64,000 nucleotides of DNA from Acidimicrobiales bacterium (GTDB lineage: Bacteria > Actinomycetota > Acidimicrobiia > Acidimicrobiales > RAAP-2). Of the stretch, positions 33,244-43,209 are shown one piece after another (positions within the stretch are counted from its first letter, which is position 1; each line of letters begins with the position of its first letter). A program made the position numbers and the translations under genes. The notes below the pieces were generated by a model that saw only the letters and a list, made by a program, of their open reading frames with translations, had not been told where the DNA came from and made no database searches. The DNA is taken from contig DAIMIK010000001.1 in assembly GCA_036722795.1 (NCBI GenBank), forward strand, positions 13 through 64,012, in the 5' to 3' direction.

Positions 33244-34791
33244 TCACACGATGCGGGAGGAGCGCCCCTCCCAGTAGGGCTCGCGGAGCAGCCGCTTGAA
33301 GAGCTTGCCACTGGGGTCCCGGGGCATCTGGGCGACTGTGTCGACGGATCGGGGGCACTTGTATCGGGCCAGATGCTCGCGGCACCACCGGAGGAGCTCG
33401 TCCTCGCCGACGGCGACGTCGCGATCGGCAAGTTGGACCACCGCCTTGACCGACTCTCCCATCTCGTCGTCCGGCACCCCGAAGACGGCGGCGTCCAGTA
33501 CCGCCGGATGGGCAAGCAACACCTGCTCGGCCTCACGCGGGTAGATGTTGACCCCGCCGGACACGATCATGTCGGCCGACCGGTCGGTGAGGTAGAGGTA
33601 GCCGTCCTCGTCGACGTACCCGACGTCACCCAGCGTTCTCCATCCGTGTCGGTTCTGGATGGCCGCCGTCTTGTCCGGGTCGTTGTGGTACGAGAACTCC
33701 CGGCCGCCGGCGAAGTAGACCGTCCCCGTCTGGCCGGTCGGAACCTCCTCGCCGTCATCGCCGACGATGTGCATCTCGCCCATGGGTCGGCCGACCGAGC
33801 CGGGGTGGGCCAGCCACTCGTGGGGACCGATGAACGAGGACCCGACGTCCTCGGTTCCCGCGTAGTACTCGTAGATGATGGGGCCCCACCACTCGAGCAT
33901 GCGCCGTTTGACCGGAACCGGGCACGGCGCCGCCGCGTGCACCACGTAGCGGAGGCTGGAGATGTCGTGCGCGAGGCGCTGCCGGTCGGGCAGGCGCAAT
34001 ATGCGGGTGAACATGGTGGGCACGAACTGGGCGTGCGTCACCCGGTAGCGCTCGATGGCGGCCAGGCAGGTTTCGGGGTCGAAGGACTCCATGACCACCG
34101 AGGTGGCACCGAGCCGGTGCATGGCCATCGAGTACACCAGCGGCGCGGAGTGGTAGAGCGGTGCCGGTGAAAGGTAGACGGTTTGGTCGTCGATGCCCAT
34201 GGCGGCGATGCCTTCGACGATCACCACCGAGGGTGCCCTCGGATCGCCGGGAGAGGTGACGCCCAGTGCCTTGCGCACGCCCTTGGGCACCCCCGTGGTC
34301 CCCGACGAGTAGAGCATCTCGCGGCCCTCGGCCTCGTCGGCGATGGACGACGGACGTCCCCGGGCCAGGACGTCCTCGTAGCGCGAGAACCCGGGGACCT
34401 CGCCACCGGCCGAGATGAGCAGGGGGACGCGGTCCAGGTCCAGCGAGGCGGCCACCTCGGCGAGCCCTGCCGTGATGACCAGGGCCACGGCCCCGCAGTC
34501 GTCGAGGATGTACTGCGCCTCGTCGCGCCGGAGGTGACCGTTCAACGCTGTGTAGTAGAGCCCGGCGCGCTGGGCGGCCCAGGCCACTTCGAGGAGGGGG
34601 GAGCCGTTCTCCATCATCAGGGCCAGATGGTCGCCGACCTGCAGGCCGGCCTGCCGGAACACGTGGGCCAGGCGGTTCGATCGCTCGTCCAGCTCACGAT
34701 ACGTGGTCGCCTCGCCCGATCCGACCATGATCACCGCCGTTCGGTCGGGATGCTCCTTCGCCTGGGCTCCCAGGTGGCGGTGGTGGGTCAT
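33244..34791 (-). CDS. AMP-dependent acyl-CoA synthetase/ligase
   Basis: ATG at 34791 within ORF 33244..34893. Motifs include LYSSGTTGVPKGV, YAGTED and GDVGYVDEDGYLYLTDR. Confidence 0.85.
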   Translation of the reverse strand: MTHHRHLGAQAKEHPDRTAVIMVGSGEATTYRELDERSNRLAHVFRQAGLQVGDHLALMMENGSPLLEVAWAAQRAGLYYTALNGHLRRDEAQYILDDCGAVALVITAGLAEVAASLDLDRVPLLISAGGEVPGFSRYEDVLARGRPSSIADEAEGREMLYSSGTTGVPKGVRKALGVTSPGDPRAPSVVIVEGIAAMGIDDQTVYLSPAPLYHSAPLVYSMAMHRLGATSVVMESFDPETCLAAIERYRVTHAQFVPTMFTRILRLPDRQRLAHDISSLRYVVHAAAPCPVPVKRRMLEWWGPIIYEYYAGTEDVGSSFIGPHEWLAHPGSVGRPMGEMHIVGDDGEEVPTGQTGTVYFAGGREFSYHNDPDKTAAIQNRHGWRTLGDVGYVDEDGYLYLTDRSADMIVSGGVNIYPREAEQVLLAHPAVLDAAVFGVPDDEMGESVKAVVQLADRDVAVGEDELLRWCREHLARYKCPRSVDTVAQMPRDPSGKLFKRLLREPYWEGRSSRIV

Positions 34792-34810
34792 GGGACCACG
34801 CTCCTCTGCT

Positions 34811-35572
34811 TCACCGACCGACGAATCGGGGCGAGCGCCTCTCCATGAATGCGGCGGCGCCCTCGGCCGCGTCCTCGCTCCGGAGGACGGCATCGGCCTG
34901 CTCGGCGGTGGCCCGGCCGGCGTGTGGTCCGACGGTGACCGTGTCCCGCATGAGCCGCTTGGTGAGCTGCACGGCCAGGGGCCCGTTGGCCGCGATCTCG
35001 CCGGCCAGGGCGGTGGCCGCCCCGAGCAGCTCGTCGGCGGGCACGACCTGGTTCACCAGTCCGACGGCAACGGCGCGGTGGGAGTCGATCAGTCGTCCGG
35101 TCATCCCCATCTCCAGGGCCAGGGCCAGGGGGACCCGGGTGGACAGCAGGGTCCCGCCGCCGGCGGGGTACAGCCCCCGTTTGACCTCGGGGAGCCCGAA
35201 GCGGGCGTGCTCGGCGGCCACGGTCAGGTCGCAGCCGAGCATCAGCTCGAGCCCGCCACCGACGGCCGCGCCGTTGACCGCGGCGATCAGGGGCCTGGGG
35301 AAGGAGCCCTCCATGAATGCGGTCATGACCTCGCCACCCGGCTGGTCGCCGGCGGCACTCCAGTCACCCAGTGCGGCGAGGTCCATGCCGGCGCAGAAGA
35401 CTCGTTCGCCGGCGCCGGTGATCACCACCGCCCGGACGTCGGCGTCCTCGAGGATCTCCCCCAGGGCCGCGCCGAGCTCGGCCATCAGGGGCGGGTTGAG
35501 CGAGTTGGCCGCCTCCGGCCGGTTGAGGGTGAGGACCTCGACCCGATCGATGCGCTCTCTGATCACCAGCAT
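34811..35572 (-). CDS. Enoyl-CoA hydratase (crotonase family)
   Basis: ATG at 35572 within ORF 34811..35638. Motifs include LTLNRPEAANS, FCAGMDL and AAVNGAAVGGGLELMLGCD. Confidence 0.85.
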   Translation of the reverse strand: MLVIRERIDRVEVLTLNRPEAANSLNPPLMAELGAALGEILEDADVRAVVITGAGERVFCAGMDLAALGDWSAAGDQPGGEVMTAFMEGSFPRPLIAAVNGAAVGGGLELMLGCDLTVAAEHARFGLPEVKRGLYPAGGGTLLSTRVPLALALEMGMTGRLIDSHRAVAVGLVNQVVPADELLGAATALAGEIAANGPLAVQLTKRLMRDTVTVGPHAGRATAEQADAVLRSEDAAEGAAAFMERRSPRFVGR

Positions 35573-35795
35573 CTCGTGAGTCTCCTGGTCCGGGGTGGCC
35601 GCCCCACGGCTGCGGCAAGGTGGTCGGTTGTCGGCCACCCGGACTCTAAGCGACGGGGCGTGGGCTCGTCATGCCCGAGGCGACCCCGGCGGGGCGGCGC
35701 GGACTTCGGGTCGGGCCAACGGTGCGCAGCGCCGCGACCGCCGGTTGGTCCCCGGCGGGGAGGCCGGCGTCGCCGACCTGCGGACCGGCTGCGGA

Positions 35796-35824
35796 TTGAC
35801 ACGCCACGGGGGGCGCTGTACAAC
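35796..35824 (+). promoter_or_regulatory. Promoter-like motif TTGACA-N17-TACAAC upstream of the P450
   Basis: The spacer is CGCCACGGGGGGCGCTG. The motif ends 72 nt before ATG 35896. A near-copy lies at 30538..30566. Confidence 0.3.
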
Positions 35825-35895
35825 GGTGCTGGTTGCTGCAGGGCGCCCCCGGTCGGGTGGGGATGTGGGCGCGCCGAGCCCGGGGGAGGCCACGC

Positions 35896-37095
35896 ATGGA
35901 TGGACGAGAGCCGGGCGGCCCGGCGTTGCGTCTGGGCACACCCGGGTTCTTCCTCCGGCCCGACTACTACGACGTGCTGGCGAGGCTCCGGCGCGACGCA
36001 CCGGTGCAACCGACGGTCGACGGGATGGTGGCCCTCAGTCGCTATGAGGACGTCCGGGCGGTCAGCCGCGACCCGACGCGCTTCGTGTCCGGCCGCGGGG
36101 TGCTCGTCAACGACCCGTTGCGGGACCCGGAGGGCACCGGGCAGCGCGCCTTCTCCATCCTCCACCTCGACCCGCCGATGCACGCCGCCTATCGGTCGGT
36201 GGTCAATCGGCAGTTCACGCCCCGGGCGTTGGCCCCACTCGAGGCCCGCATCCGCACGGTCGTCCAGGTGGCCCTCGACGCCGTTCCGGCAGACGAGCCG
36301 GTCGACCTGGTCGAGGCCCTGGCCGCGCCGATCCCGATCGCGGTGATCGCAGAGATGCTGGGCGTCGTCGGGGCCGACCGTGCGCAACTCCGTCGGTGGT
36401 CGGACGCAGCCATCGAGAGCACCGACAGCACGTCCGCGGAGCAGGCCGAGCAGCTGGGCCAGTTGGCCGGCTTCCTGATGGGGCACGTCCGGTCGCCCCA
36501 CACCGACCGGGTCGATCTGCTCGGGCTGCTCAAGACGACGCCGGTGAGTGATCGGCTGCTCGACGAGGCCGAGATCATGGGGTTCTGCCTGACCCTGCTG
36601 GTGGCCGGGAACGAGACTACTCGGACGTTGATCTCGGGCGGGGCCGAGGCCCTCGCCCGCCACCCGGAGCAGCGGGCGGCGCTGGCCTCGGACGCGGCGC
36701 TGGTGCCCGGGGCCGTCGAGGAGATGCTCCGCTGGGTGACGCCGATCCAGGCCTTCGGCCGGACCGCGGCGATCGACACGGAGATCGCCGGGTGTGAGGT
36801 GCCGGCCGGGACGTTCGTCGTCATGCTGTACGCGTCGGCCAACCGGGACGAGTCGGTGTTCGGCGCCACGTCCGACCAGTTCGACGTCGGGCGCCCGGTC
36901 CATCCGACCCATCTCGCCTTCGGCTTCGGCGAACACAGCTGCCTGGGAGCGAGTCTGGCCCGGCTCGAGTCCCGCATCTTCTTCGAGGAGCTCCTGGCTC
37001 GGTACCCGAGGTACCGACTCCACGGTGAGCCGAGCTACACGGCGTCGACGCTGGTCAACGGGGCCCGGTTCATGCCCGTGTTGTTGAGCGGTTGA
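35896..37095 (+). CDS. Cytochrome P450
   Basis: ATG at 35896 follows GGGGGAGG. Has the I-helix LLVAGNETT, EEMLRW, and the heme loop FGFGEHSCLGASLAR. Confidence 0.9.
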   Translation: MDGREPGGPALRLGTPGFFLRPDYYDVLARLRRDAPVQPTVDGMVALSRYEDVRAVSRDPTRFVSGRGVLVNDPLRDPEGTGQRAFSILHLDPPMHAAYRSVVNRQFTPRALAPLEARIRTVVQVALDAVPADEPVDLVEALAAPIPIAVIAEMLGVVGADRAQLRRWSDAAIESTDSTSAEQAEQLGQLAGFLMGHVRSPHTDRVDLLGLLKTTPVSDRLLDEAEIMGFCLTLLVAGNETTRTLISGGAEALARHPEQRAALASDAALVPGAVEEMLRWVTPIQAFGRTAAIDTEIAGCEVPAGTFVVMLYASANRDESVFGATSDQFDVGRPVHPTHLAFGFGEHSCLGASLARLESRIFFEELLARYPRYRLHGEPSYTASTLVNGARFMPVLLSG

Positions 37096-37104
37096 ACGGC
37101 TCGG

Positions 37105-38775
37105 TCAGCCGGACAACAGGTTGATCCGGCCGTTGGCGAGGAACTCCTCCCGTAGTGCGGCGATGTCTGCCGGTGTCATCGGGGTGTACCCGCCCTGCCG
37201 GTCGATCCGCTGCCAGTAGGGATCCGACGACGCCCACTGCTCCGAGCGGAGCGGTGCCTTGTCGATCTTGTCGGTGCCGGTCACCGGCAGCGCGGACACG
37301 ATGCGGAGGTACCGGGGTGCCCACTTCGTGCCCAGGTCGGGCTGATCGGCAAGGAATGCCGCGAAGGCGACCGGATCGAACCGGCTCGGCCGCTCGAGCT
37401 CCAGTGCCGCCATGACCTGGTCACCGGTCCGGCTGTCGGGGACCGCGTAGACGGCGACGCCCCGCAGCCCGGGGAGACGGCCGAGGATCCGCTCGATCGG
37501 CGCCGCCGTGAAGTTCTCGCTGTCGACCCGGAGCCAGTCGCCCGACCGCCCGGCGAAGTAGAAGATGCCGTCCTCGTCTCGGTAGGCGAGGTCGCCCGAC
37601 CAGTACCAACCGTCGCGGATCCGCTCGGCCTCGGCTTCGGGGTTCTTGTAGTAGCCCTCGAACACCGACGTCGTGCTCCGTCCGATCAGCTCGCCGATGG
37701 CTACCGTGGGATTGGTCAGCCTGCCGTGCCGGTCGAAGGTCCCCGCTGGGCACTCCTCGCCGGTGGCGTGATCGACGACCCGGACCTCCGCGCCGCGGGG
37801 CGCCCGGCCCAGGGCGCCCGGCCGCGCCCCGGCGACGGGGAGGAGCACGATCGCGCCCTCGCTCGATCCGTATCCCTCGATCAACGGGACGCCGAATCGC
37901 CGGGTGAATTCGACCTTGTCGGGGCCCGACGTCTCCGGCCCGAGGACGAAGCGGAGCTTGTGGTCACGGTCGTGGTCGGTCGGCGGTGTGGCCACGATGT
38001 GGGCGATGGCCCGCCCCACGGTGTTGACGAAGGTGGCCCCCGTGTCGCGGATGTCGGGGAGGAATCCCGACGCCGAGAACCGCCGACGGAGGGCCAGGGT
38101 CGCCCCACCTGCCAGCCAGGGGAAGACCGCCGAGGACAGGGCGTTGCCGTGGAACAGGGGCATGGCCGCGTAGAGCACGTCGTCCGGGGCGAACGGCATG
38201 CGGGTCCCGGCGAGCGCGGCTCGCCTCTGGGTCATGCGCACCGCCTTGGGGACACCGGTGGAGCCCGAGGTGAAGATGAGGAGGTAGAGGTCCTCGGGGC
38301 CAGGGGTCCGGGCCGGTGGCGCACGGTGTCCCGCTGCGTCGAGTCGTGAGCGGTACCCGTCTCCGTCGGTCACCAGGGTCCGTTCGGCTCCCAGGCCGAG
38401 GTCGAGCCCGTCGAGCCGCATCCGTTGGATCGAGTCGGTGATCACCAGCCGGCAGTCGGTGCTGCGGATGTCGCGGGCCAGCTCCTCGCCCCGGCGGGTC
38501 GGGTTGAGCCCGACGATGACGGCACCGGCCAGGGCGGCACCGGCCAGCAGAAAGAGGTACTCGTCGGTGTTCTCGAGCAGGACGCCGACGTGGAACGGGC
38601 CGTCGTCACGGAACTCCCGGAGGAGACGGGAGCGGACGCCCGCTTCGGCCACCACCTCGCGCCACGACCACTCCGCCCCCTCGAACAACAGGGCCCGGCG
38701 GTCGTTGTCGGCCTGCAGTCGGACAAGTTCGGACGCGGTGGCGGCGGCCGGCGTGGCGAGCTCCTCCGAGCGCAT
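37105..38775 (-). CDS. AMP-dependent (long-chain type) acyl-CoA synthetase
   Basis: Motifs include IFTSGSTGVPKAV, GYGSSEG and GDLAYRDEDGIFYFAGR. Confidence 0.85.
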   Translation of the reverse strand: MRSEELATPAAATASELVRLQADNDRRALLFEGAEWSWREVVAEAGVRSRLLREFRDDGPFHVGVLLENTDEYLFLLAGAALAGAVIVGLNPTRRGEELARDIRSTDCRLVITDSIQRMRLDGLDLGLGAERTLVTDGDGYRSRLDAAGHRAPPARTPGPEDLYLLIFTSGSTGVPKAVRMTQRRAALAGTRMPFAPDDVLYAAMPLFHGNALSSAVFPWLAGGATLALRRRFSASGFLPDIRDTGATFVNTVGRAIAHIVATPPTDHDRDHKLRFVLGPETSGPDKVEFTRRFGVPLIEGYGSSEGAIVLLPVAGARPGALGRAPRGAEVRVVDHATGEECPAGTFDRHGRLTNPTVAIGELIGRSTTSVFEGYYKNPEAEAERIRDGWYWSGDLAYRDEDGIFYFAGRSGDWLRVDSENFTAAPIERILGRLPGLRGVAVYAVPDSRTGDQVMAALELERPSRFDPVAFAAFLADQPDLGTKWAPRYLRIVSALPVTGTDKIDKAPLRSEQWASSDPYWQRIDRQGGYTPMTPADIAALREEFLANGRINLLSG

Positions 38776-38781
38776 CCCTGA

Positions 38782-39207
38782 TCAGTGCTCCCTGGCTGCC
38801 AGGAGCTCGAGCAGCTGGCCGTCGGGATCGCGGACCATGACGGCCACCCCGACACTCGTCTCTTCGAGCACCTGGCCGCCCAGGGCCGGCACCCGGGCCA
38901 GGGTGGCCTCGAGGTCGGCGGTGGTGAGTGACAGATGGGTGAGGCCCGGCTCGGTCATCGGTCGCTCCCGGGCCGGAGGATTGCCGGTCCGCCCGAACTG
39001 CAGCAGCTCGAGGACGAAGTCGCCGTGCGTGAGGTAGACGGCGGTGAGTCCGACCGGCAGCTCCACGCCGAGCAGCGTGCTGCACACCCCGTCCGGTGGC
39101 TGCAGCGAGCGTTCGTAGCGGAACCCGAGCGCCTCCTCGTAGAACCGACGCGAGCGGTCGAGGTCCGTGACGCAGAGACCGATGTGGTTCACCGTGACCG
39201 CAGCCAT
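38782..39207 (-). CDS. VOC / glyoxalase-bleomycin resistance family protein
   Basis: C-terminal 141 aa of ORF 38782..40701. The N-terminus reads VNHIGLCVTDLDRSRRFYEEALGF. Confidence 0.7.
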   Translation of the reverse strand: MAAVTVNHIGLCVTDLDRSRRFYEEALGFRYERSLQPPDGVCSTLLGVELPVGLTAVYLTHGDFVLELLQFGRTGNPPARERPMTEPGLTHLSLTTADLEATLARVPALGGQVLEETSVGVAVMVRDPDGQLLELLAAREH

Positions 39208-39236
39208 CGGGCGGACGCTACCCGACGGTCCTCCGT

Positions 39237-40136
39237 TCACGATCGTGCTGTGTCCTGGGAGAGCCCGGCCGGCATGACCATCCCGACGGCCTGCAGGTGC
39301 TGGCCAAGCATGGTGTCGAACTGCTCGGCCACGGACTCGGTGTCCCAGCCCCCGTCCTTGTTCATCCAGGCGATCTGCTTCGGGTGTCGGAAGAGGGTGT
39401 AGCTGAAATCGGTGCGGCCGAAGACCTGGCCGTTGACGTGGGCCGCACGCTCCGAGGCCAGGAAGGCGACGAGCGGGGCGTTCATCGCCGGATCGAGGCG
39501 AGGGTCCGGCTCGGCGTCCGACGCCCCCAGCGAGGCGGTCATGCGGGTGGCACCGGCCGGGGCGATGGCATTGACGGTGATCCCGGCCCTCGCCAGCTCC
39601 AGGGCCCACACGAAGGTCATGCCCATGATGCCCGCCTTGGCGGCGCCGTAGTTGGTCTGTCCGAAGTTGCCCCGAAGACCGGCCGACGAGGTCACGTTGA
39701 CCACCCGTCCGTAGCCCGCCTCCCGCATCACCGGCACCGCATGGCGCGTGCAGTTGAAGGTGCCCTTCAGGTGGGTGGCCACGACGGCGTCGAAGTCGTC
39801 CTCGGTCATCTTTACCAGCGTGCGGTCCCGCACGATTCCGGCGTTGTTGACGAGGATGTCGAGGCGACCGAAGGTGTCGACCGCCGTGGCCACGATCCGG
39901 GCGGCCGCCTCGAAGTCCGTCACCGACTCGTGCGACGGCACGGCGTGGCCCCCGATCGCCTCGATCTCGGCGCAGACCGACGTCGCCGGGTCCCCCTCCG
40001 ACGCCTCGCCCCGGAGGCCCACCCCAAGGTCGTTGACCACGACCGAGGCCCCCTGGCGAGCGAGTTCCAATGCGAATTGGCGACCGATGCCCCGCCCAGC
40101 TCCGGTCACGATGGCCACGCGGTCGTTCAACAGCAT
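39237..40136 (-). CDS. SDR, MFE-2 / Hsd4A-type 3-hydroxyacyl-CoA dehydrogenase-like
   Basis: Motifs include VAIVTGAGRGIGR, NNAGI and the catalytic YGAAK. GAGGAG lies upstream of ATG 40136. Confidence 0.8.
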   Translation of the reverse strand: MLLNDRVAIVTGAGRGIGRQFALELARQGASVVVNDLGVGLRGEASEGDPATSVCAEIEAIGGHAVPSHESVTDFEAAARIVATAVDTFGRLDILVNNAGIVRDRTLVKMTEDDFDAVVATHLKGTFNCTRHAVPVMREAGYGRVVNVTSSAGLRGNFGQTNYGAAKAGIMGMTFVWALELARAGITVNAIAPAGATRMTASLGASDAEPDPRLDPAMNAPLVAFLASERAAHVNGQVFGRTDFSYTLFRHPKQIAWMNKDGGWDTESVAEQFDTMLGQHLQAVGMVMPAGLSQDTARS

Positions 40137-40204
40137 GCAGCTCCTCGGATGGATGATTCACAGCGTGCAGCCGGGCCACCGGGCACGAATGGCGATGGAA
40201 TAGT

Positions 40205-41467
40205 ATGACACCACCATTTCGTCGGCCAGAAAGTCGGATCGTCGTGTCCAGTGCAAGAGGTTCGGATCCGTTCGCCGAGAGCGAGGACCAGAGCGCGTTG
40301 CGCAGCCTGGCCAGGGAGGTCGGCCGTCGTGCCGTGGCCCCCCACGCCCGGCAGGGTGACAGCACCGGTGAGCTGCAGGCGGAGGCGGTCGGGGCCTTGG
40401 CGGCCGCCGATCTGTTCCGGATCACCATCGGTGAGCGGTGGGGCGGCCTTGGGTTGGGCGACGTGGAGGCCGCCGTCGTCCTGGAGGAGATCGCCCGCCA
40501 CGACGTGTCCACCGCCATCTGCTGCCAGCTCGCCTTCAACGGCCCTTCGCGGGGGATCGAGCATCTCGGTGGAGATGCCCTGAAGGACCGGTGGCTACCG
40601 GCGGTGGCCGACGGTGACGCCATCGTCAGCATCGGCATCACCGAGCCGGACGCCGGGTCCGCGGTCCAGAACATGCGGAGTGCCCTGGTGCCCGACGGCA
40701 TCGGCCGTTGGCGTCTGGACGGCTACAAGAACTACTCGACACTCGGGCATGTCGCCCGGGGGATCCTGGTGTGGTGCCGGTGGCCCGGTGGCCACGGCGC
40801 CGACGGCATCGGTGCCGTGGTCGTCCCGATGGACCGCGACGGCGTGGAGATCACCGGCCGGCACCAGGGCATGGGGATCCATGCTGCCACCGAGGCCGAG
40901 GTGGCCTTCGACGGTGTCGCCGTCGGCGGGGACGACGTGCTCATCGCCGGTGACGCGGCGAACAGCGACGCCTTCAAGGTCCTGCTGGGCCACCTCAACC
41001 ACGAGCGGTGCGGCAACGCGGCGATGTGCATCGGTGCCGCGCAGGGTGCGCTCGAGCACGCGGTGCGCTACATGAACGAGCGGGAGGTCGGGGGCCGTCC
41101 CATCGCCGAGCTGCAGGGGCTTCGATGGAAGCTGGCCGACATGGCCGCCCAGCTCGAGGGCGCCCGCCTTTTGCTCACCCGGGCCGTTCACCTGGCCGGC
41201 CCGGGAGGCACGCCCCCGCCGCTGGAGACCGCGCTGGCCAAGGCGGCGGCGAACCTGGCCGCCAAGTTCGTGTGCGACGAGGCCATCCAGATCCACGGTG
41301 GCTACGGCTACAGCCACGAGTACCCCGTGGAGCGTGCGTATCGGGACGTTCGGGGGTTGTGCATCGGGGCCGGGACCGTCGAGGCCCAGCGCAACTACAT
41401 CGGGGCGGCGGTCGCCGCCGGCCGCTCGACGGTCTCGCCGGGCTGGCTCGACGCCCTGGCGGAGTGA
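40205..41467 (+). CDS. Acyl-CoA dehydrogenase
   Basis: Motifs include GITEPDAGSAV, ERCGNAAMCIGAAQGALE and IHGGYGYSHEYPVERAYRD. The start is uncertain: ATG 40205 overlaps a TAGTAT box, and GTG 40244 is the alternative. Confidence 0.8.
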   Translation: MTPPFRRPESRIVVSSARGSDPFAESEDQSALRSLAREVGRRAVAPHARQGDSTGELQAEAVGALAAADLFRITIGERWGGLGLGDVEAAVVLEEIARHDVSTAICCQLAFNGPSRGIEHLGGDALKDRWLPAVADGDAIVSIGITEPDAGSAVQNMRSALVPDGIGRWRLDGYKNYSTLGHVARGILVWCRWPGGHGADGIGAVVVPMDRDGVEITGRHQGMGIHAATEAEVAFDGVAVGGDDVLIAGDAANSDAFKVLLGHLNHERCGNAAMCIGAAQGALEHAVRYMNEREVGGRPIAELQGLRWKLADMAAQLEGARLLLTRAVHLAGPGGTPPPLETALAKAAANLAAKFVCDEAIQIHGGYGYSHEYPVERAYRDVRGLCIGAGTVEAQRNYIGAAVAAGRSTVSPGWLDALAE

Positions 41468-41480
41468 GCCGGCGCTTGGG

Positions 41481-43166
41481 CTAGGCGTCGGGCCGGAGGA
41501 ACCGGCCCTGGGGGTCCCATCGGCGGAGCATCTCGATGTGAGCGGGGTCCGGCGGGTCGAGTTCGCCCACCGGGTCGGCGATCCGGAGGTCCCACGGGCA
41601 GAGCGACCGCACCCGTTCGATGCGCTCGCCCGGGCTGCCCTCCCCAGGCGCCACCGCGGTGAGGGCCAGCTCGTCGGCACCGGCCTTCTCGAAGACGGCG
41701 AGATCGGTGATGAGTGCACGCACCCGCCGGCCGACCGAGGTGACGTAGGGAACGTCGGCCACGGCCCGGCGCGGGGTGAGCGTGGACATCACGACCACCT
41801 CGTCGGCCGTCGACGCGACGTCGTTGCCCCCACCCGCGCCCACCAGAAACACCTTGCCGGGGATGACCGTCGAATTGATGTTGCCGTGGCGGTCGACCTG
41901 GGCCGCACCCAGGCAGGCGAGGAGGGTCGTGCCCGGGCCGCCGACCAGGCTACCGAGGACCTGGTCGGCATCGCCCAGCATGGTGGCGGTCGGGAAGCTC
42001 CGGTGGTTGAAGACGAAGGGGTCGGCCGGGGTGGGACGGTAACCCCACAGCCCCAGCTCGGCGGTGAGTACCACGTCGGAGCCACGGCCCCTTGCCAGTT
42101 CGACGGCGAGCCAGGCGGCCAGGTTGGCCACGCCGGCCCCGGCCAGGACGGCATCGGCGTCGAGGGCGAGCACCCGGTCGGCCAGATAGCGGGCGCCGTG
42201 GACCGCGGCGATCTCCCACGAAGCGGGCGCTGCGGTCAGGTCCGGGGGGAAGGAGGCCTCGTCGTCGCGCCACGAGTCGGCCTCCGCCCGCCGCCGCAGG
42301 CGCGCCGTGCGCTGTGGGCCCAGGCGCTCGAGGTACTCCTGCTGGGTGGCGGGGCCGAGCACCCACTGTTCGATCCACTCGTCGAAGTCCGGCCCGTGGC
42401 TGGCCGTGCGGACCTCGGACCAGAACTCGAGGTCCTCGCCGTAGGGAGGCACCGGGGTGTCGCGGGAGAAGAGCCCACCGGGATGGGCCCCCATCGGGGA
42501 CTCGGCCACGGCCAGCACGCGGTGGGCCGGGACCTGGACGAGGTGGGACCAGGGCCGGATGTCGTCCACCACCCGCTCTACGGTGGCGACGACCCCCCGC
42601 CGGGCCGCCAATGCCCCCCACACGCCTTCGAGGCGGGGGGCGTTGAAGGCCAGGTTTCCGTGCCGGTCGGCGATCGGCGCATGGAGGAGGGCGATATCGG
42701 GTGCGTAGGCCTCCAGCAGCCCGACCTCGCCGAACGGCGTCTCCACTCGGGCGTATCCCGGGTTCGAGGCCATCGAGGACCCGTCCAGGGAGCCGGTGGT
42801 GACCGCGGGGAGTCCACGGGCTGCCGCCTCCAGCCGTTGGAGGAAGGTGAGGAAGGACCAGTGCTCCACTTCGACCTCCCCGCGCAGGTACGCGTCGGCG
42901 AACCAGGGGTTGGGAGAGAAGTTGGGGAAGATGTCGCCGGAGTAGCCGGTGACCACCTTCTTGACCAGGTTGCCCCGGAAGAACAACGCTCCGAGGCTCG
43001 AGAGGCTCAGCATGACGAGGGTGAAGCCGGGGTCCTGCCCCCACCAGCGCCGGACGAGGTGGCGGGCTGCGGCCGTCCACCGCGAGTGGTTGGTCACGAT
43101 GTGGACGGCGTCGCCGGCCCGCACGTGGTCCACCGCGTCGTCCAGCGAGCAGACCTTGTCGGACAT
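41481..43166 (-). CDS. Class I CoA-transferase with fused A-like and B-like halves (glutaconate-CoA-transferase / IpdAB-like)
   Basis: ATG at 43166 within ORF 41481..43193. The N-terminal half reads SLDDAVDHVRAGDAVHIV. The C-terminal half has LAGAGVANLAAW...TAELGLWGY, which is (S)ExG-like. Length is 561 aa. Confidence 0.65.
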   Translation of the reverse strand: MSDKVCSLDDAVDHVRAGDAVHIVTNHSRWTAAARHLVRRWWGQDPGFTLVMLSLSSLGALFFRGNLVKKVVTGYSGDIFPNFSPNPWFADAYLRGEVEVEHWSFLTFLQRLEAAARGLPAVTTGSLDGSSMASNPGYARVETPFGEVGLLEAYAPDIALLHAPIADRHGNLAFNAPRLEGVWGALAARRGVVATVERVVDDIRPWSHLVQVPAHRVLAVAESPMGAHPGGLFSRDTPVPPYGEDLEFWSEVRTASHGPDFDEWIEQWVLGPATQQEYLERLGPQRTARLRRRAEADSWRDDEASFPPDLTAAPASWEIAAVHGARYLADRVLALDADAVLAGAGVANLAAWLAVELARGRGSDVVLTAELGLWGYRPTPADPFVFNHRSFPTATMLGDADQVLGSLVGGPGTTLLACLGAAQVDRHGNINSTVIPGKVFLVGAGGGNDVASTADEVVVMSTLTPRRAVADVPYVTSVGRRVRALITDLAVFEKAGADELALTAVAPGEGSPGERIERVRSLCPWDLRIADPVGELDPPDPAHIEMLRRWDPQGRFLRPDA

Positions 43167-43209
43167 GCTGTGCAAGCTAGCGGACGGTACCACCCGATAG
43201 CATCCGGCG

